A stretch of 63,957 bases of DNA, the filler included, from Choristocarpus tenellus KU-1152 (taxonomy: Eukaryota > Protista > Phaeophyceae): the NCBI GenBank assembly GCA_964200185.2. It is 10 parts of 10 records of this genome, joined end to end, with 100 filler letters (N's around TTAATTAATTAA, not from the genome) between each part and the next. Parts side by side here need not be neighbours in the genome. Positions count along the whole stretch, not along the records: positions 11,266 to 24,314 come from CAXNAD020001603.1; positions 24,415 to 30,512 come from CAXNAD020008939.1; positions 30,613 to 35,509 come from CAXNAD020012619.1; 7 more parts are not named here. The stretch is one strand, 5' to 3'. The notes beneath the pieces were generated by a model. It ran no database searches, had not been told where the DNA came from, and saw only the letters and a list, made by a program, of their open reading frames with translations. A program made the translations under genes and the position numbers. Shown here in pieces: positions 12,142 through 34,959 of the stretch (position 1 is its first letter; every line of letters begins with the position of its first letter).

Positions 12142-13312
12142 TATATATGTATATATATATATATATTTTTTTTTTGACTGCTCTTTCTTGTTGTGTGTGT
12201 TATGTTATTTTAATTGTGGTAAGTGAGATTTCACCACCCGGTAGTTCAACTGCTTTTGATCATCAGTAGGGGACTTGTTGGACCTATGTGAAGGATGGAA
12301 CACATTCTTATTTTTGTGCTGTGTACTGTGGGGGTGGGTTCCGTTGGTAGATTGCTTGAAGTGTGGACTTGCGCAAAACCTGCAGAAAATCTTACAGCAC
12401 AGGGTTTCACAAGTTTGCATTGGTTCTAATTCAAGAGAGCTCTTGAACCACGGAGTGATGAGGACCAATCGGCGGTTACCTTTGGTCCAAATCTGGAAGA
12501 AACGCAAAATGGCTCAAGATTTATTTGATTCATTTGATTTATTTGCAGCAGTCACAAGCTATTAGACAATTTACTGAGCCGCAAAGAACTGTCTATTAGA
12601 CAAGTTCCAATCACAATATGTTTTTTCAGGTCAGAAAAATTCATCCCAAGTTTTGAAGCTTCAAAGACAACGCAAGGCATATATATATTGTATATGCTTT
12701 TTCCCAACCTGAAAGATTTTTTTATAAAATATTGTTTATTATTATTATTTATTAGTGAGCGCGAAGAACGGTTTAAATTTTGTTCAGTCCATGAGGACCC
12801 TTTTTTAGCCGCAGAGTGGAGAGAGCCAGTCTCAAGTTGTTCTTGTTAGGGTTAGGGATATATCCCATACCACAGCAAAGTACCATGTTCATTAGATGAG
12901 GTGCTTCTGTGTGCTTGAATGGAAGTTAGGGGTTGAGGTCTGAATTTGGATTGTCGAGAGGGAGGCTTTGTCCGTGGTGCTACCTGGATTGGACCTTGTT
13001 GGTGTCTGAGTTTTCTTACACGACTGTTTGGTGTGTGACTAGATCGGGGCTATAGAGGGGGGGGTTCAAGTAAGTTCCTCATGACTCTTTCTTTTGATTG
13101 TAGTTTCTGTGAGGTGTACTTAGGGTTAGGGTTGTGTTTTGCCCCTGACGGCGTCTGAGGTTTTGCAGGAGAATTGAGGCGATTTCGTTTTTGTTTCTTG
13201 TGAGATGGCGTGTTTTAGTTAGTGTATATTTATTATTTGTTTTTACTTGCTTGTGTCGAGTGTCTTGTTGGGATGTGCTTCCAACGATAATAATATTTAA
13301 ACAATGATGCTG

Positions 13313-13351
<39 letters not shown>

Positions 13352-13436
13352 TTTTATTATTTTTTTTTTTCATGTCAAACCCTTGCGTTCCTGCCCTCCC
13401 TGCTTTTTGATTGATGTATGCGGTGATTGGTTGCAG

Positions 13437-22640
<9,204 letters not shown>

Positions 22641-24699
22641 GTAAGTCAGGAGAAAATTGGTGTTGTTAGTGTAGTAGTGGGAAGAATTGTAGTAGTTGGA
22701 AGTGCTACTCAAGGATTTACATACGTGGAAGGACTCGTCCCTTGCTGGGTGCTGGACAGGATGTAGATGAAGTAATGAAGATGAAGTAATGAAGTAGAGA
22801 GGAGTGGGCCTTCGAGCCCAAGGAGGGGGGTGCCCTTGCCGCCAAATCAATCCTATTCCTTCTATTGATAGTCGTTTGCTGCTGATTGTTTTGTTAGGAT
22901 GTTTCCTATTCCTTCACTCTTCCGTATTCTAGGCCATTTACACTTAACCCACATTTATCTTCTACTTTTCAGAATACAAACTTCTCTTCCATTAACTGAT
23001 CGTTTTTTTTCATTATCTATTTTTTTTTCCAAGATTGTGGAAAATATTCTTTGCATATTGGTAGGTTTGATAGGTCTTGAAGACTTGACACATACCTTGT
23101 CATCATAGATGGGAGATTTCAAGGTATCGCTGCTGCCTATTGATGCCCAAGCCAGTTGACTGCATGTAATGGTGTGGTTTGTAGTGTTTTCCTGTGGAGG
23201 CCGTAGTGGATGAGGGGTGAAAGTAGGATTGCAATTTAGTGGATGGAATGGTAAGACTTACAAAGATACTCACAGCGGTGGAGAGGATCCGTTTTTTCAA
23301 ATTATTTTTTTTCAATTAAATACTTCTTTTCCTTGTACCAGTATGATAATCCCCCTATATATATAGTACTCCAGTACTCTAGTACTAGAGTACTCTACAG
23401 CAATCTTTGATTTTTGTTACACACTTAGCGAGAGTATTCTATAGCTCTCCTCTTGTGGATTAGTACTCTGATAATTCTACTAGGAAGTTGAAGGTTTCGA
23501 GATCTTGTGCCAAAATGGCACAGGTGGTTGTGCCATTTTGAATTTATTCTTAAGTGGGGTCAAAATTGTGGATCAGAAACGTTGTGGTTCTGCCTTTTCT
23601 CAACAGGTAAATTTCCATATGCAAATGGGTGCTGGGGCCGTTCCCTTAAAGGAGAACATGGTGGTGACCCCTTCAACTCTTCAACTGATCATTAATTGGG
23701 CATAATTATTTGGTTATTAAGAGGATGTGATATTTTCTTACATTTTCCAAGTGTGCATGGCATCCAACAACCTTCCAAAATTTCAGGAGATTTGCTTGTA
23801 GTGAAAGATTAAATTTCTTTGAGCAGGCAAGAATGCAATTTGACCAAGATTTTATCATAATAAGAGCATTGAATCTATTGCTGCGTGTATGCCTTACATT
23901 GCCTACCCCTGCCTGGCGTCACATCTAATGCTTTACTGTGTCAATCGGGATTTAGGATTCCATGGGGGTGGGAACTGGACTGGGTATGCATGGTCTGCAA
24001 CATCCTGGGTCAATACAGGTTCGTGGCGTTTGTACTCTAAGATGATGTTATATCAATACAGAAGTAAGAGTAGTAGTAGCGTTTATAGTGGTGTCTTGGG
24101 ACGATATGGGAGTATTTTGATGTCATCTGTGTTGTTTGTCAGGATATCAACACTGATGATAGTGGTGATATTTTATTCATTTGTGAGGGGCATGAGAGTG
24201 GGTTTTTGGTCTTCGTTTTGTCCGTTTTTTTTTTTTTATTGAATAGGTTTTTTTTTTTAGCTTTAGGGTTTTGGCAGGGTTCTGTCCTCCCCGCCCTCCC
24301 TGACAAGTTATATTNNNNNNNNNNNNNNNNNNNNNNNNNNNNNNNNNNNNNNNNNNNNTTAATTAATTAANNNNNNNNNNNNNNNNNNNNNNNNNNNNNN
24401 NNNNNNNNNNNNNNTTTAAGACCGTTTTCGCAAAAAACCCATCCTCATAGTCCCGCGCCTTCCTCAATTTTGAGATTCCCCTGTTATTTATAGTATATCG
24501 TTATATGTCCCTGACATTTTCCCAGAAGATGTAATGGAGTGAATATTTTGAAGAAATATGAAGGAAACAAAACAACAAACACGACAACATCAGAGTCTTC
24601 TGCATTACATATAGGATAGTCCTTTGAATACACCAGGAGTTGGATGTATTAATAGCGCGTTTAAAAACAAGAAACGTGCGAGAAACCATCTCTAGGATA

Positions 24700-25600
24700 A
24701 CTATACCGTTAGAAATACTCCTAAACTGGTGTTGCTACGAGGAGGACGGTCTACAAACAAGGGAAATGTCCCACAAGTCACAGTCAAGTCCCATCTAGCC
24801 CAACGACCCGGTGTCTCCAGCTTGAACTCGCTACATAGCACGCCTAGAGATTGCCGCTTATGCTGTGACTGACACAACCTGTAGCAGGTGTACCTTCATT
24901 GCTCCTTCCAACCAAAACACTTCACCTCCATTCCACCCAAATGCATGAGCCGCCAGCTCAACCAGGAATTGCTCTGCCTGTGTGTTCCTAAACGCCTGAA
25001 GCTTTTCAACCGCAAAGTTGTTGAGGCTAACAATACTCATAGCAATGTGATAGAGGATATGGTAGGGAGTGGCATAAAAATTGTATTATATTTATGGAAT
25101 CCATGGAGGACTTGTTACAAGCGCCCCTCAATGCTCACCTTCCCAGGATGTACAAACTCACATCCAACGACCTTAAAACGACGCTATGGGGGCGTAGCCT
25201 CTAACAACAGGTTGTAGGGTGTCAGATAGCCTTTCTCTTGATACTCCACTCAGTGCTTTAGCTCAAAGCTTGACTCAATGTTTCGTTCAAAGATAAAAGA
25301 CTGAGGCATAAGGGAGGTAGAAGTGCTACCACTTGAAGCTCTCTTATTATTTTCATCATCCACCCTATTTCGTTTGTCTTCTATAAACTACTCTATAGGT
25401 ACTCCAATCATAAGCNNNNNNNNNNAGGAGCTAAAATATTGTTGTTTGCTTAATGAAATCTAAGAAGGTTATTTTTTTTTCTGTAATTTTACGTAGGTAT
25501 TCCGAATCTTACTCTGCATCTTCTTAAAATAATCACTCAGGTATGTAGTTGATTCGAACAGTAATTACCTGTAGTGTAGGTAGAGTTCAATCCCTATTTG
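24700..25600 (-). mobile_element. Decayed non-LTR retrotransposon 3' region, CRE-like (restriction-like endonuclease remnant)
   Basis: The minus-strand translation FAVEKLQAFRNTQAEQFLVELAAH...HLLQVVSVTA*AAISRR resembles the RLE C-terminus of CRE-clade elements. Homologous, in opposite orientation, to 31640-32250. Confidence 0.55.
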
Positions 25601-27342
25601 GTGATTCATGCGTGTGCTGCTCTTCAGAGGAATGAATAACACTATAGCTCTACAACACAATAAAATTAATAGCAACGGTAGTATTGAGGTACACAACATA
25701 CTCTGGAGTACATTGCCTCCTTTGCTTGACACGATGCACCTTCTTGGACACTCTAGTACTAATGAAAACTACCTGTGATACATGAGCACTGTCTTTGCAA
25801 AGAAGCAGGAGTCACAAGCAAAAGCAACAAATCATACATTACAATTACATCCAGTACGGAACAAACCAACAGCTAGTGGTTGGCACCCTTGCAAACAGGT
25901 TAAAACTTGATATCATTTATGCGTGGTTTTGAATAAATCCTGCGATATGCTGTCACTGATGGAATCCGACATATCGGCAGTCCAAGGCCAGGTGGGATTT
26001 CCAAGCGTGACAGTGATACTTGATGAAGAATGTAAACATATTTTCACTTTTGAGAGGTGCTATTTTAACATCCATGTAACACAATACCATCAGTAGTAGT
26101 TGAAAAAAAAAGTGTCACTTCATTTTTTCTAGTCACAAAGGGTGCAAATAAACATAAAGATATTTCCGCATTCCACTTCCTGTAACCTTTTTATGAAAAA
26201 GCATCCTACTGGCAACAGTTTCTTTTGATGTTGTGTCGCAGAAGTTCCCTTGGAGAGAAACAACAGTGTACTAGTATAATATTATTTCCTCACCAATATT
26301 CTAATGTTATATTTAGCTGAGAAACTCTATTTTTTTAATTGCTTTTGTTCCAGGATTAACGTACACTGTATTTGCTCATTTGAAATTTCGCATACTATTG
26401 AAACAGCTGGACAAGTAGTGTCACTGCCAATGCATAGCATAAACCTTTCGCTAATGCTGGTTATGAAACTGAAGAAAAAAGTACTAACGTGCAATGTTTA
26501 ATGTTTTGCCCTGTTTCTTTTCAGGGCTTTTGTATGAACACAGTTACCTAAAATGTATAGTCCATAAAAGGTGAGTCCAGAGCAAGGATAATGACACTTG
26601 CTAAAAAACAAGATATTCATTGAAATCGCAACATTGGATTTATGATCCCGAACGGACGCAGCCCTACCTCTTAAATGCTTTGGGTCTCACACCCTGAAAA
26701 TGACACCAGGTTGAAGCAAAACACGGACGATAAAGGCAATAATGTCCTTCAAAATAACACACACACAAACATGCATGTCTAAACGTCCCTTGCCTGTTGG
26801 TGGGATTCAGCTGCATGAGGATATTGTTTTGTTGAGAGGCTTAGAGTGCATTTTATGTATGAAATCTACTCCCCCCCAAAACAACCCGACAAAATTTTCC
26901 TCGCTAAACAACCAACAAAGAGTTCAAGTGTATTCACAAGGTGGTTTCAGCAGCATAACAAAATACGACTTGAACAAAGCTGTTTTACATTGAAGGCGAC
27001 AGTCAAGACCAGAGACACACAAAATGACAAAGCAAACAACTGAACTTATCTATAGAACATTCCACCAATCAACACAAAACTTGAAAATCATCACTCTCTC
27101 TCTGTCTCTCTCTCTTTCTCTGTGCCATGCCAGACGAAGATTAAACTAGAACCAACCCATAACCCTAACCCTTAAACGAGGTAATGCAGTCACAAATTAC
27201 TTATCAACACACACCCATAACCCTAACCCTAACCCAAGAAAAAAAAGGTGGTGGACATTCTACAAAAAGCAACACTCATACCACCACCACCTATAACACA
27301 AACGCCTCTTGGTGGCACCTTCGCGTGGCACCTTCACGTGGC

Positions 27343-27521
27343 ATGACATCACTGACATCTCTTGACACTCCCCTCATGCCATCATTGACATCTCTTGACA
27401 CTCCCCTCATGCCATCACTGACATCTCTTGACACTCCCCTCATGCCATCACTGACATCTCTTGACACTCCCCTCATGACATCACTGACATCTCTTGACAC
27501 TCCCCTCATGCCATCACTCGA
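27343..27521. repeat. 33-bp minisatellite, about 5 copies
   Basis: ATCACTGACATCTCTTGACACTCCCCTCATGCC tandem units downstream of the ABC-F stop codon. Confidence 0.9.
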
Positions 27522-27663
27522 CAAACATCTCTCACCAGCCAACAACCAGGTGTGTGATCTTCTATAAAAATATTAATAGTAAATGAAGCCCTTTTCATGT
27601 TAGGGTTAGGGAAGTAACGATAGGGTTACCCAACCAAAGTCTACAAGACTTAATGCCCATGAG

Positions 27664-27704
<41 letters not shown>

Positions 27705-27711
27705 GAGCGCA

Positions 27712-29765
27712 TCATGCATCTTCAACAAGGAGAGCCTCTAGCTCCTCCCACTGCCATGTCCATAACCGGAAAGTGAGCATCCATTTGGTAGTCATGTCCA
27801 CAGACAGTTGCAACATCCAACATCCAAAATGCACCAGAGAGGGGGGGTGGAAATGATGTCATTGGATGCCTATGACATGCAGGAATAAATAAACAAATAA
27901 ATAAAATAACATCTTAAGACACACGTTTGTGTGTGTATTGCTTGTTAGTTGGAAGTATATTGGCAATAGACTCATGAAAGCACATCTTAGCCACATACAA
28001 ACTGGAAAAAACGTCAGAACACCAGTTTTTTCTTTTTCCAGTTTTCCTCTCCACAACGATCCCCAATCCTAACCCTAACCCTAACCCTACTACAAATGCC
28101 AATAAATGTTGTCCTAACCCTAACCCATAAAACAAAAGCAAAAAAAAAATGAACTCCAAAAAATATTCAAGTCAGGAGCTTTAAACCATGCAAAAATATT
28201 CTTATTTATATAACATGCCCATTCTGTGTCAGCTAGGTGCAATTGGCAAACCAACACAGTGTGCGTTAGGGAGATAATAACCTCTAACATATGCCAAGAT
28301 AGTGAATTTGGATTGGAATGAGGCAAAGAGAAGTGCTTACCTCTTTGTAGAGCTTGGCAATTCTTGCATCTGCTTCCTCCTTATCCTTGACCAGCTGTGA
28401 TACTTGATTGTGATCAATCCCTTCTCCACACATTCCTTCCGACAATTGCACCACCTTGGCATCCAATTCTTCCAATAGTACCTATGGAAAAGGTACAAGA
28501 CATCCTGTGTTAAGTGGTCAATCCGAAAATAAACTAATAAGGCAATACCCCTTCCCACAGGTGTGTTGCATCACACCATCAACAATTCGACTTAGAAGGT
28601 GCTAAAGATAAGAGGAAAGCAAGCAAAACCTTCTCCTTATCATCATATATCTCATCTGTCATACATTTGGTTGAAATTGGATTCTACACCACATCTTACT
28701 GTTCTAACTACTAAAATAATAATAATAACAATAATAAAATATAACAATAACATTGTAAAAATACTGTTACGATATTGCATTGGTTGTCAACCTGTATCTT
28801 CTTGATCCGCTTTGGTGCATTCAGCTTTTTTTTTCTCTCCTTCTCTGCCTCTGCCCTTTCCTTCTTACTCATGACCTTCTTCTCAACAGACTTGGATGCA
28901 TTACCTGTAGCATCTCCCTCGCCACTTGACGGTTTTACAGCACACAGTCAACAGACAGACAAGCCAATAATGGTCGCAGTCAAGGCAATAAATGCATCAT
29001 CACACGATAAATGCGACCATGTACTGAATAGTTAGTAGTTGAAACTGTCATTTTTGTAACCGAAAAGACAACAGTACACAACTAAGGTACAAGATGGTAA
29101 TGCACCCTTAGACTCAGCCTAGCTTAAATTTGGACTGAATGAATGAGAGTGAGTACTCACAACGCCATCCAATACGGACATAATCATGCTTGCGATCATG
29201 TTTTGCCTAGCACTATTAATAGCTGCCAGCAAGAAATACATTGCACCAAAAAATATACAATCCAAACCCTAACCCTAAGTTATACAATATATATATACAA
29301 AGTCGCAGAGGCACATGCTCGCTAAGACACTGCCTGGGGGTGTATCTAAGAAGACTGACACTCACTGCACCAACTATAACTACAAAACAAGGTGAAGAGA
29401 AAAGTGTACAATTGAGTGGGAGTCAGTCTAATGCCCTAGTACCAACACTCCTGCGTCATGCATTGCTACAGATAACCTCCATTCCATACATAATTCCATA
29501 CATTCTTGTATGTTTTACTCGTCAAAACATTTCCACTACAAGCAACCAATAACCAATAACTCTAACCCTAGCAGCTCAAAAGTAACTAAGAATACTAATG
29601 CCCATCTCACCTAATGTTCCTATCACCAAGATCCCAGTCGGTGTGCTTTGGTGGTCTATCAAAGGAGGTCAAAGAGCCATCCTTGACAACTGCAGTGTGA
29701 GATGGACAAAGTTTTGTCACAAACTCCTTGTTATGAGATACAACCACCACAGTTCCCTTCCAACC
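27712..29765 (-). CDS. ABC-F family ATPase, 3' exons (end of second NBD plus C-terminal coiled coil)
   Basis: Exons 29765-29611, 28924-28792, 28481-28341 and 27750-27712 splice in frame: GWKGTVVVVSHNKEFVTKL (H-loop) ... KKLNAPKRIKKIQVLLEELDAKV ... IAKLYKEWEELEALLVEDA*. The C-terminus is Uup/YheS-like. Confidence 0.85.
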
Positions 29766-30612
29766 CTGCACAATCAACACCAACATCATTCTTGTGTTGT
29801 CAGCTCAGGTCACAACTAAAGGGTTAGGACCATGAAGTACCACACCTTTGTAATCTCTTCAGTTAAGGCATTATTACTACAATTAATGCATCTCTCACAC
29901 CACAGAGTGCTTCAAGCACAGGAGTGTCAACCAGAAAAAGGGGAATATCTAGAATAATAACAGTAATAGTGTGGTTTGAGGCTCTGAGCAGCATGAGCTC
30001 GTCAAGCTGGATGTTTGGTTTACCTATCTTTACCCTTCAATTAGCTTGAGCTACTGCAGTATGACAATACCACTAACTTTAACCCTAACCCTACCCCTAC
30101 CCCTACCCCTAACCCTAAATATTGCCGATGTAAACTAGGAGGTTAGTATCTTCTTCAGGACAAAGTTTTGCCCCCACAAATCACACCACCTCATCTTGAT
30201 TTCTACCACATATAATTACTGCCATGCACACTCTCTCTAGTGTATAATAGTCAAATGCTGCACACTTGAGATAGGGTAACATTTAACACAAGCATCACCA
30301 TGTAACACTTCAAGCCCATTCCTCAACAACGTTACACACTATACATGGACACCCTCCTGAACACCGCTTCCTCATCACAAAAGCATTGTCTAAGTGCAAA
30401 ATTAGTGTTGTCAGCTAAAAAGAGGTGACAGTTACGATATAAAAACAGTTACATTTGTCCCCCCCATTGATCGGACTGAACTTTAGGGGCACAAAAAAAA
30501 ACTCCCTAGTTTNNNNNNNNNNNNNNNNNNNNNNNNNNNNNNNNNNNNNNNNNNNNTTAATTAATTAANNNNNNNNNNNNNNNNNNNNNNNNNNNNNNNN
30601 NNNNNNNNNNNN

Positions 30613-30681
30613 CGCCATGGGAAGTCAAGCCCCGAATGGACTAACAGGGCAAAACTCGTACCCTCTAAGATACTTTCACTC
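30613..30681. mobile_element. MITE family B end at contig start
   Basis: ...CGTACCCTCTAAGATACTTTCACTC. Confidence 0.8.
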
Positions 30682-30848
30682 ATAGACTACACATATTACT
30701 CATCGGTGCTTTGCAACACCACGATTCCCCATCGTTCGTAGTCTGCGCATTTTGCTTACATGTACAATGCATTTGATTCAGGTTTCAACAGAGGAGGAAG
30801 AAGGGCATCCAGGTCCACCAATATTGAACTCTCTTTTATCGCTATATT

Positions 30849-31027
30849 AGTTCAAAGTATCTGGGGGGGGTGTCGGCTGTCCATTTGGAGTCAATCTTTT
30901 CATATCGTAATTTTTGCGTGATTTGGTAGGATTAGTCGGAAGGATAATGTAAATAGACTTTTCCAGATTTAGGGCCAAATGGACACCCTGGTGTAGACCC
31001 CTCCCCTCTCCCCAGATACTTTGGGTC
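30849..31027. mobile_element. MITE family A copy
   Basis: AGTTCAAAGTATCTGGGG...CCCAGATACTTTGGGTC, TSD ATT. Confidence 0.85.
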
Positions 31028-31639
31028 ATTCTCACACGTTGCTGGGGTTTGGTCTCACCAAAGCAAACTCATAGTCACAGTTTGTAGAGATAAATGGAAG
31101 AAATGTGGAAATAATATGAAGAGATGCAACGAACCAAAGTAAACGAGAGATACCCAGGTTCTGGGCGTTGGCATGTTATGTCTGTTTTTTAATCCTTTGT
31201 AATTCACCTATGTTTCTGTGAAGTGCTAAGTTCGACTTGGAAGTATTTATTCCTCTATTGCTTGAAACTTTTCCGACACATGTCAGAAAAAATCATTTCA
31301 CATTTGTAAAATAGGTCAAATTTTGCACATATTTGTCAGCATCCTTAAAATGAAACACTGGAAACCTCTCGTTTACTTTGACTCGACAAGGAAACTAAGG
31401 TGACTCAGACATGGCATTAAGCATTCAATGAATGTTACAGGCGAATAGCGAGAGCATTTTTTCTTGTGTTCTAACAAAGTGCGAGCATTTGTTATACGTG
31501 AATAGCGCAAGCATTTCTTCTCATGTTTTAGCAAACACGAACGTCTGTGACAGACGAATAGTACGAAGATTGTTTCTCACATACTAACAAGTGCGAACAA
31601 TATACGATATTAGTAACACACACGTAGTCTTACAGAATG

Positions 31640-32250
31640 GATGATAATCTCATAGAAGATACAGAGTAAGATTCGGAATGCATACGTAATACTACAGAAG
31701 AAAATATCAAAGTCCCTAAGAAGTTGCAGAATAAAGGTTTATGATTGGAGTATGTGTAGAGCAGTTGCATAGAAGACCAAAGAAATTGGGTCGATGATGA
31801 AAGTAATAAGAGGGCTTCTGGTGAAACACCTTGAGCGCTCTTACCTACCAGTACTTTTCTTTATCTTGAACGAAACTTTGAGTCAAGCTCTGAGCTAAGC
31901 ACTGAGTGGAATATCAAGAGAGAAGGATACCTGACACCCTACAAACTGTCATCAAGGGCAACGTTCCCAGAGCGTTGTTTTCAGGTCGTTGGATTTGAGT
32001 TGCATGTCCTGTGGAGGTGAGTTTTGGGGGAGACCAAAGAAATTGGGTGGATGACGAAAATAATAAGAGCTTTTTGGTGAAACACCTTGACCCCTCCTAC
32101 CTACCAGTCCTTTTCTTTATCTTGAACGAAACTTTGAGTCGAGCTTTGAGCTAAGCACTGAGTGGAATATCAAGAGAGAAGGATACCTGACACCCTACAA
32201 ACTGTTATCAAGGGCAACGTTCCCATAGCGTCGTTTTCAGGTCGTTGGAA
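31640..32250 (+). mobile_element. CRE-like non-LTR remnant with an internal direct duplication
   Basis: Matches the reverse complement of ~25150-25520. The segment ~31773-31992 is duplicated at ~32031-32249. Confidence 0.55.
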
Positions 32251-32424
32251 TGGAGGTCCTACCGAGACTTCCACCTGTAACAGTATTCCCTTACCGAGAG
32301 ACTACTCCTTTTCTTATCAGTGCCCATGTCAGCTTCTTTCTGCGCACACACTTCCTCCATTACCCATTGATACCTGGGTTGTCTTGATACACATATCAAG
32401 CCAGATAGCGGGGGCGGTGATCTG

Positions 32425-32725
32425 ATAGCTATCTTCCAACTAAGATATACCTTAAGGCGTCCTTCCTAGAGAAGATGTACTTCAAGGTCTGTTGTTTCAT
32501 ATGACATCTGCATTTATTTACTTGTTGAAGTAAATATGGAGTGGTTTGAGTGGACCTTACAACCCCCCCTCATTCACCTTTTGCCCGTTCACTCTTCCCT
32601 GAGTGGCCTTCTGAGGGATTGCTCACCCTCTCCTGCCTTGTCTCTCTCTCCATTTCTTTTATCCTTTAGGTCTTCCCGCTTCCCATCAGTCTGAAGAACC
32701 TGCCTGTTTCCATCTGTTTCACCGT
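32425..32725. repeat. Unclassified dispersed repeat
   Basis: Homologous to ~54380-54660 (same strand) and ~54935-55205 (opposite strand). All copies share CAGTCTGAA(G/T)AAC near one end. Confidence 0.65.
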
Positions 32726-33625
32726 GGGATTGGCCTCAATTCCTCTGACCGAGGAAAGTTGGAGTCGAGAAGACCCACTACCATTTCTAAAATCATACTG
32801 TGTGGGGTTTGCTATTGTCCACACTGACTACCAATGAATATCTTTCTTATTTGTTCATAGTATGCCCTAGTGTATCTAGAACACTAATCGCTGGACACCA
32901 GTCAATAAACACATACGGTACATGACGTCGTACCTCAGGTATACAAACAGAATACTCTGACAATACAACAATACATTGATAAGGATCTCTTAAATGAGTC
33001 GGTAGTTATAATGTACGAGACTTTTAAAAGGAAAAAATATTCGTTGACGACTCCTGGACACATTATGGCGATGCAATCTGGTGGAATGGATTATATGTGA
33101 TTTATTTCAAAATACTCCAGTGGAAAATATTCATGATGATAATGAGATATTGTCAAGAAATGAACAGGACAGAAATGAGACGCATTGGTGGCAATCCACG
33201 TAGCCGATAGGCCTGCAGTTGCCATGCCATATATCGGACAAAGTTGCGTTTGTAGCGTCAGCTTAGATGTAATGGGCTCCAGGCTTGTAATGATGTACAT
33301 CCCAATTGAGGGGGGGGTTGTTTCGATTAGAGGAGAAGAAGAAGCTGCTGATGACATCCTTTAAATATTTGTTTCTCGCTGAAGAAATCAACTCAATGCC
33401 AGTCCACCAGGCTGACGTGATGGTACTTGCTTTGTCATTCTTCATAGAGTGATACATGCTTTGTGTACGAATATTTGGCTGCAGAGGGATTCCGGTCTTT
33501 CTTTAATTGCTCTCCCAGTAGTGGGGGAATTTGGCACACGACTGTAAGGGAACGATTTTGATAGCGTTCAGACCTTTGCTTGCTTATTTCTCCATATCCC
33601 TTTCTGTATAAGGAAGGAGGTATTC

Positions 33626-34234
33626 GAGCCAAAGTATCTTGGAGGGTAGTATGTCAAAGAGAGCTATTCCAATAGTCTTTTCATTATGTTGTATGGATGT
33701 ATATATTAGCGGAGTGAGCACTATCCCTTGAGGTGGGGGGTGCTCTCTCTTATTATCTTATTGCACACGTCAGCAGACACATCAAAAATATGTCCTGCCG
33801 TTGGTAGTACTATGTCGCTTATTGTCCTGTGTAACTAGTACTACGTACTTCGTCAGTAACCTTCCGCCAATCATTTCTATCAAGTAGTAAGTAATCAACC
33901 ATCCGAGATTCGAACTCATTACTCTATGTACATGAAGATAAATCATTTATACTTGTTCTACTTAGTCAACATTTCTCTTGTCTGGCAGTGATCACTAAAC
34001 ACATAACAGCCTATAGACTACCTAGCCTATATTGCACAGGTAGAGCCGTGTCCATTTGGAGACCAAAATCCAATGTTGCGATTTTGAAGTAATTTTGGCC
34101 ATTGTGTTTGTAAGGGAGTGTCAATATCCTTGTTCCGGACACACCTACTCTGAACCATTTTGGAGTAGGAAAACGTCATAAAAGAACAGTGGACAAACAG
34201 GGCAAAACTCGTCCCCTCTAAGATACTTTCACTC
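33626..34234. mobile_element. MITE family B copy interrupted by an LTR-like insertion
   Basis: GAGCCAAAGTATCTTGGAGGG ... CCCTCTAAGATACTTTCACTC with the 4-bp TSD ATTC on both sides. Confidence 0.8.
33650..34038. mobile_element. Probable solo LTR
   Basis: 389-bp insert flanked by the 5-bp duplication GGTAG. Termini TATGTCAA...TTGCACA are near-inverted and TG..CA-like. Confidence 0.6.
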
Positions 34235-34613
34235 ATTCTCTTATTTTGTTCTTGTGGTTGTGGTTTTAGCTTCTTCTCTTGGTTTGCTAACTGGCGTATA
34301 GTGTGTAAGGCTTTGTTGCCTTTATTGTTTCCAAATTAACAACCCATACCCTTAGTTGGTCGAGGTTGTTCTCTTCGACCTCCAGATATTTCCCCTCTTG
34401 TTCTGCTTTGTGTGGCTATATATACTCCATCCCATAAGTCGTTCCTTTCTATATACATGTACCTCTTCGGGACGACCTCCGATTTCAAAACGGATTTTTG
34501 CGTTGGATTCCTCTGAAATTTTTACGTAAGATGAGTTATATTTGAAGAGTATAGGAAGGTCTGAACCATGTTGAAACATAGGCTACTCATCCTTTGTGTT
34601 TTGGAACGTAATA

Positions 34614-34959
34614 CTCCCTCTATCCCATAGGTCTATTCCTTTGTGCATGCACCTCTTTCGGATGACCTCCGATTTCAAAACGGATTTTTACATTGGATTC
34701 CTTGACTTTTTTTGCATTAGAATACCTTTCCTCGTTTTCACTCAATGTTGTCAATCCAACAATTCAGTGCCTTCTTGTGTGCCTACGCCCAGCTAACCTC
34801 TGTTCCATATTTTCAGAACAATGTCGGGATATATTTTTTCAGATATAACTCATCTTACGTAAAATTTCCGAGGAACCCAACGCAAAAATCCGTTTTGAAA
34901 TCGGAGGTCATCCCTAAGAGGTACACACATAAAGGAACAGACTTACGGGAAAGAGGGAG
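34614..34959. mobile_element. Stowaway-like (Tc1/mariner) MITE with long TIRs, plus an extra left-end copy at ~34424-34555
   Basis: TA|CTCCCTC...GAGGGAG|TA termini. The ~90-bp inverted arms include TCCGATTTCAAAACGGATTTTT / AAAAATCCGTTTTGAAATCGGA. Confidence 0.75.

Noticed and set aside
32688-32725. CTGAAGA as a Penelope-type hammerhead ribozyme core
   Set aside because: No stem II followed by GAAA and no cleavage-site helix is visible in any of the three copies.
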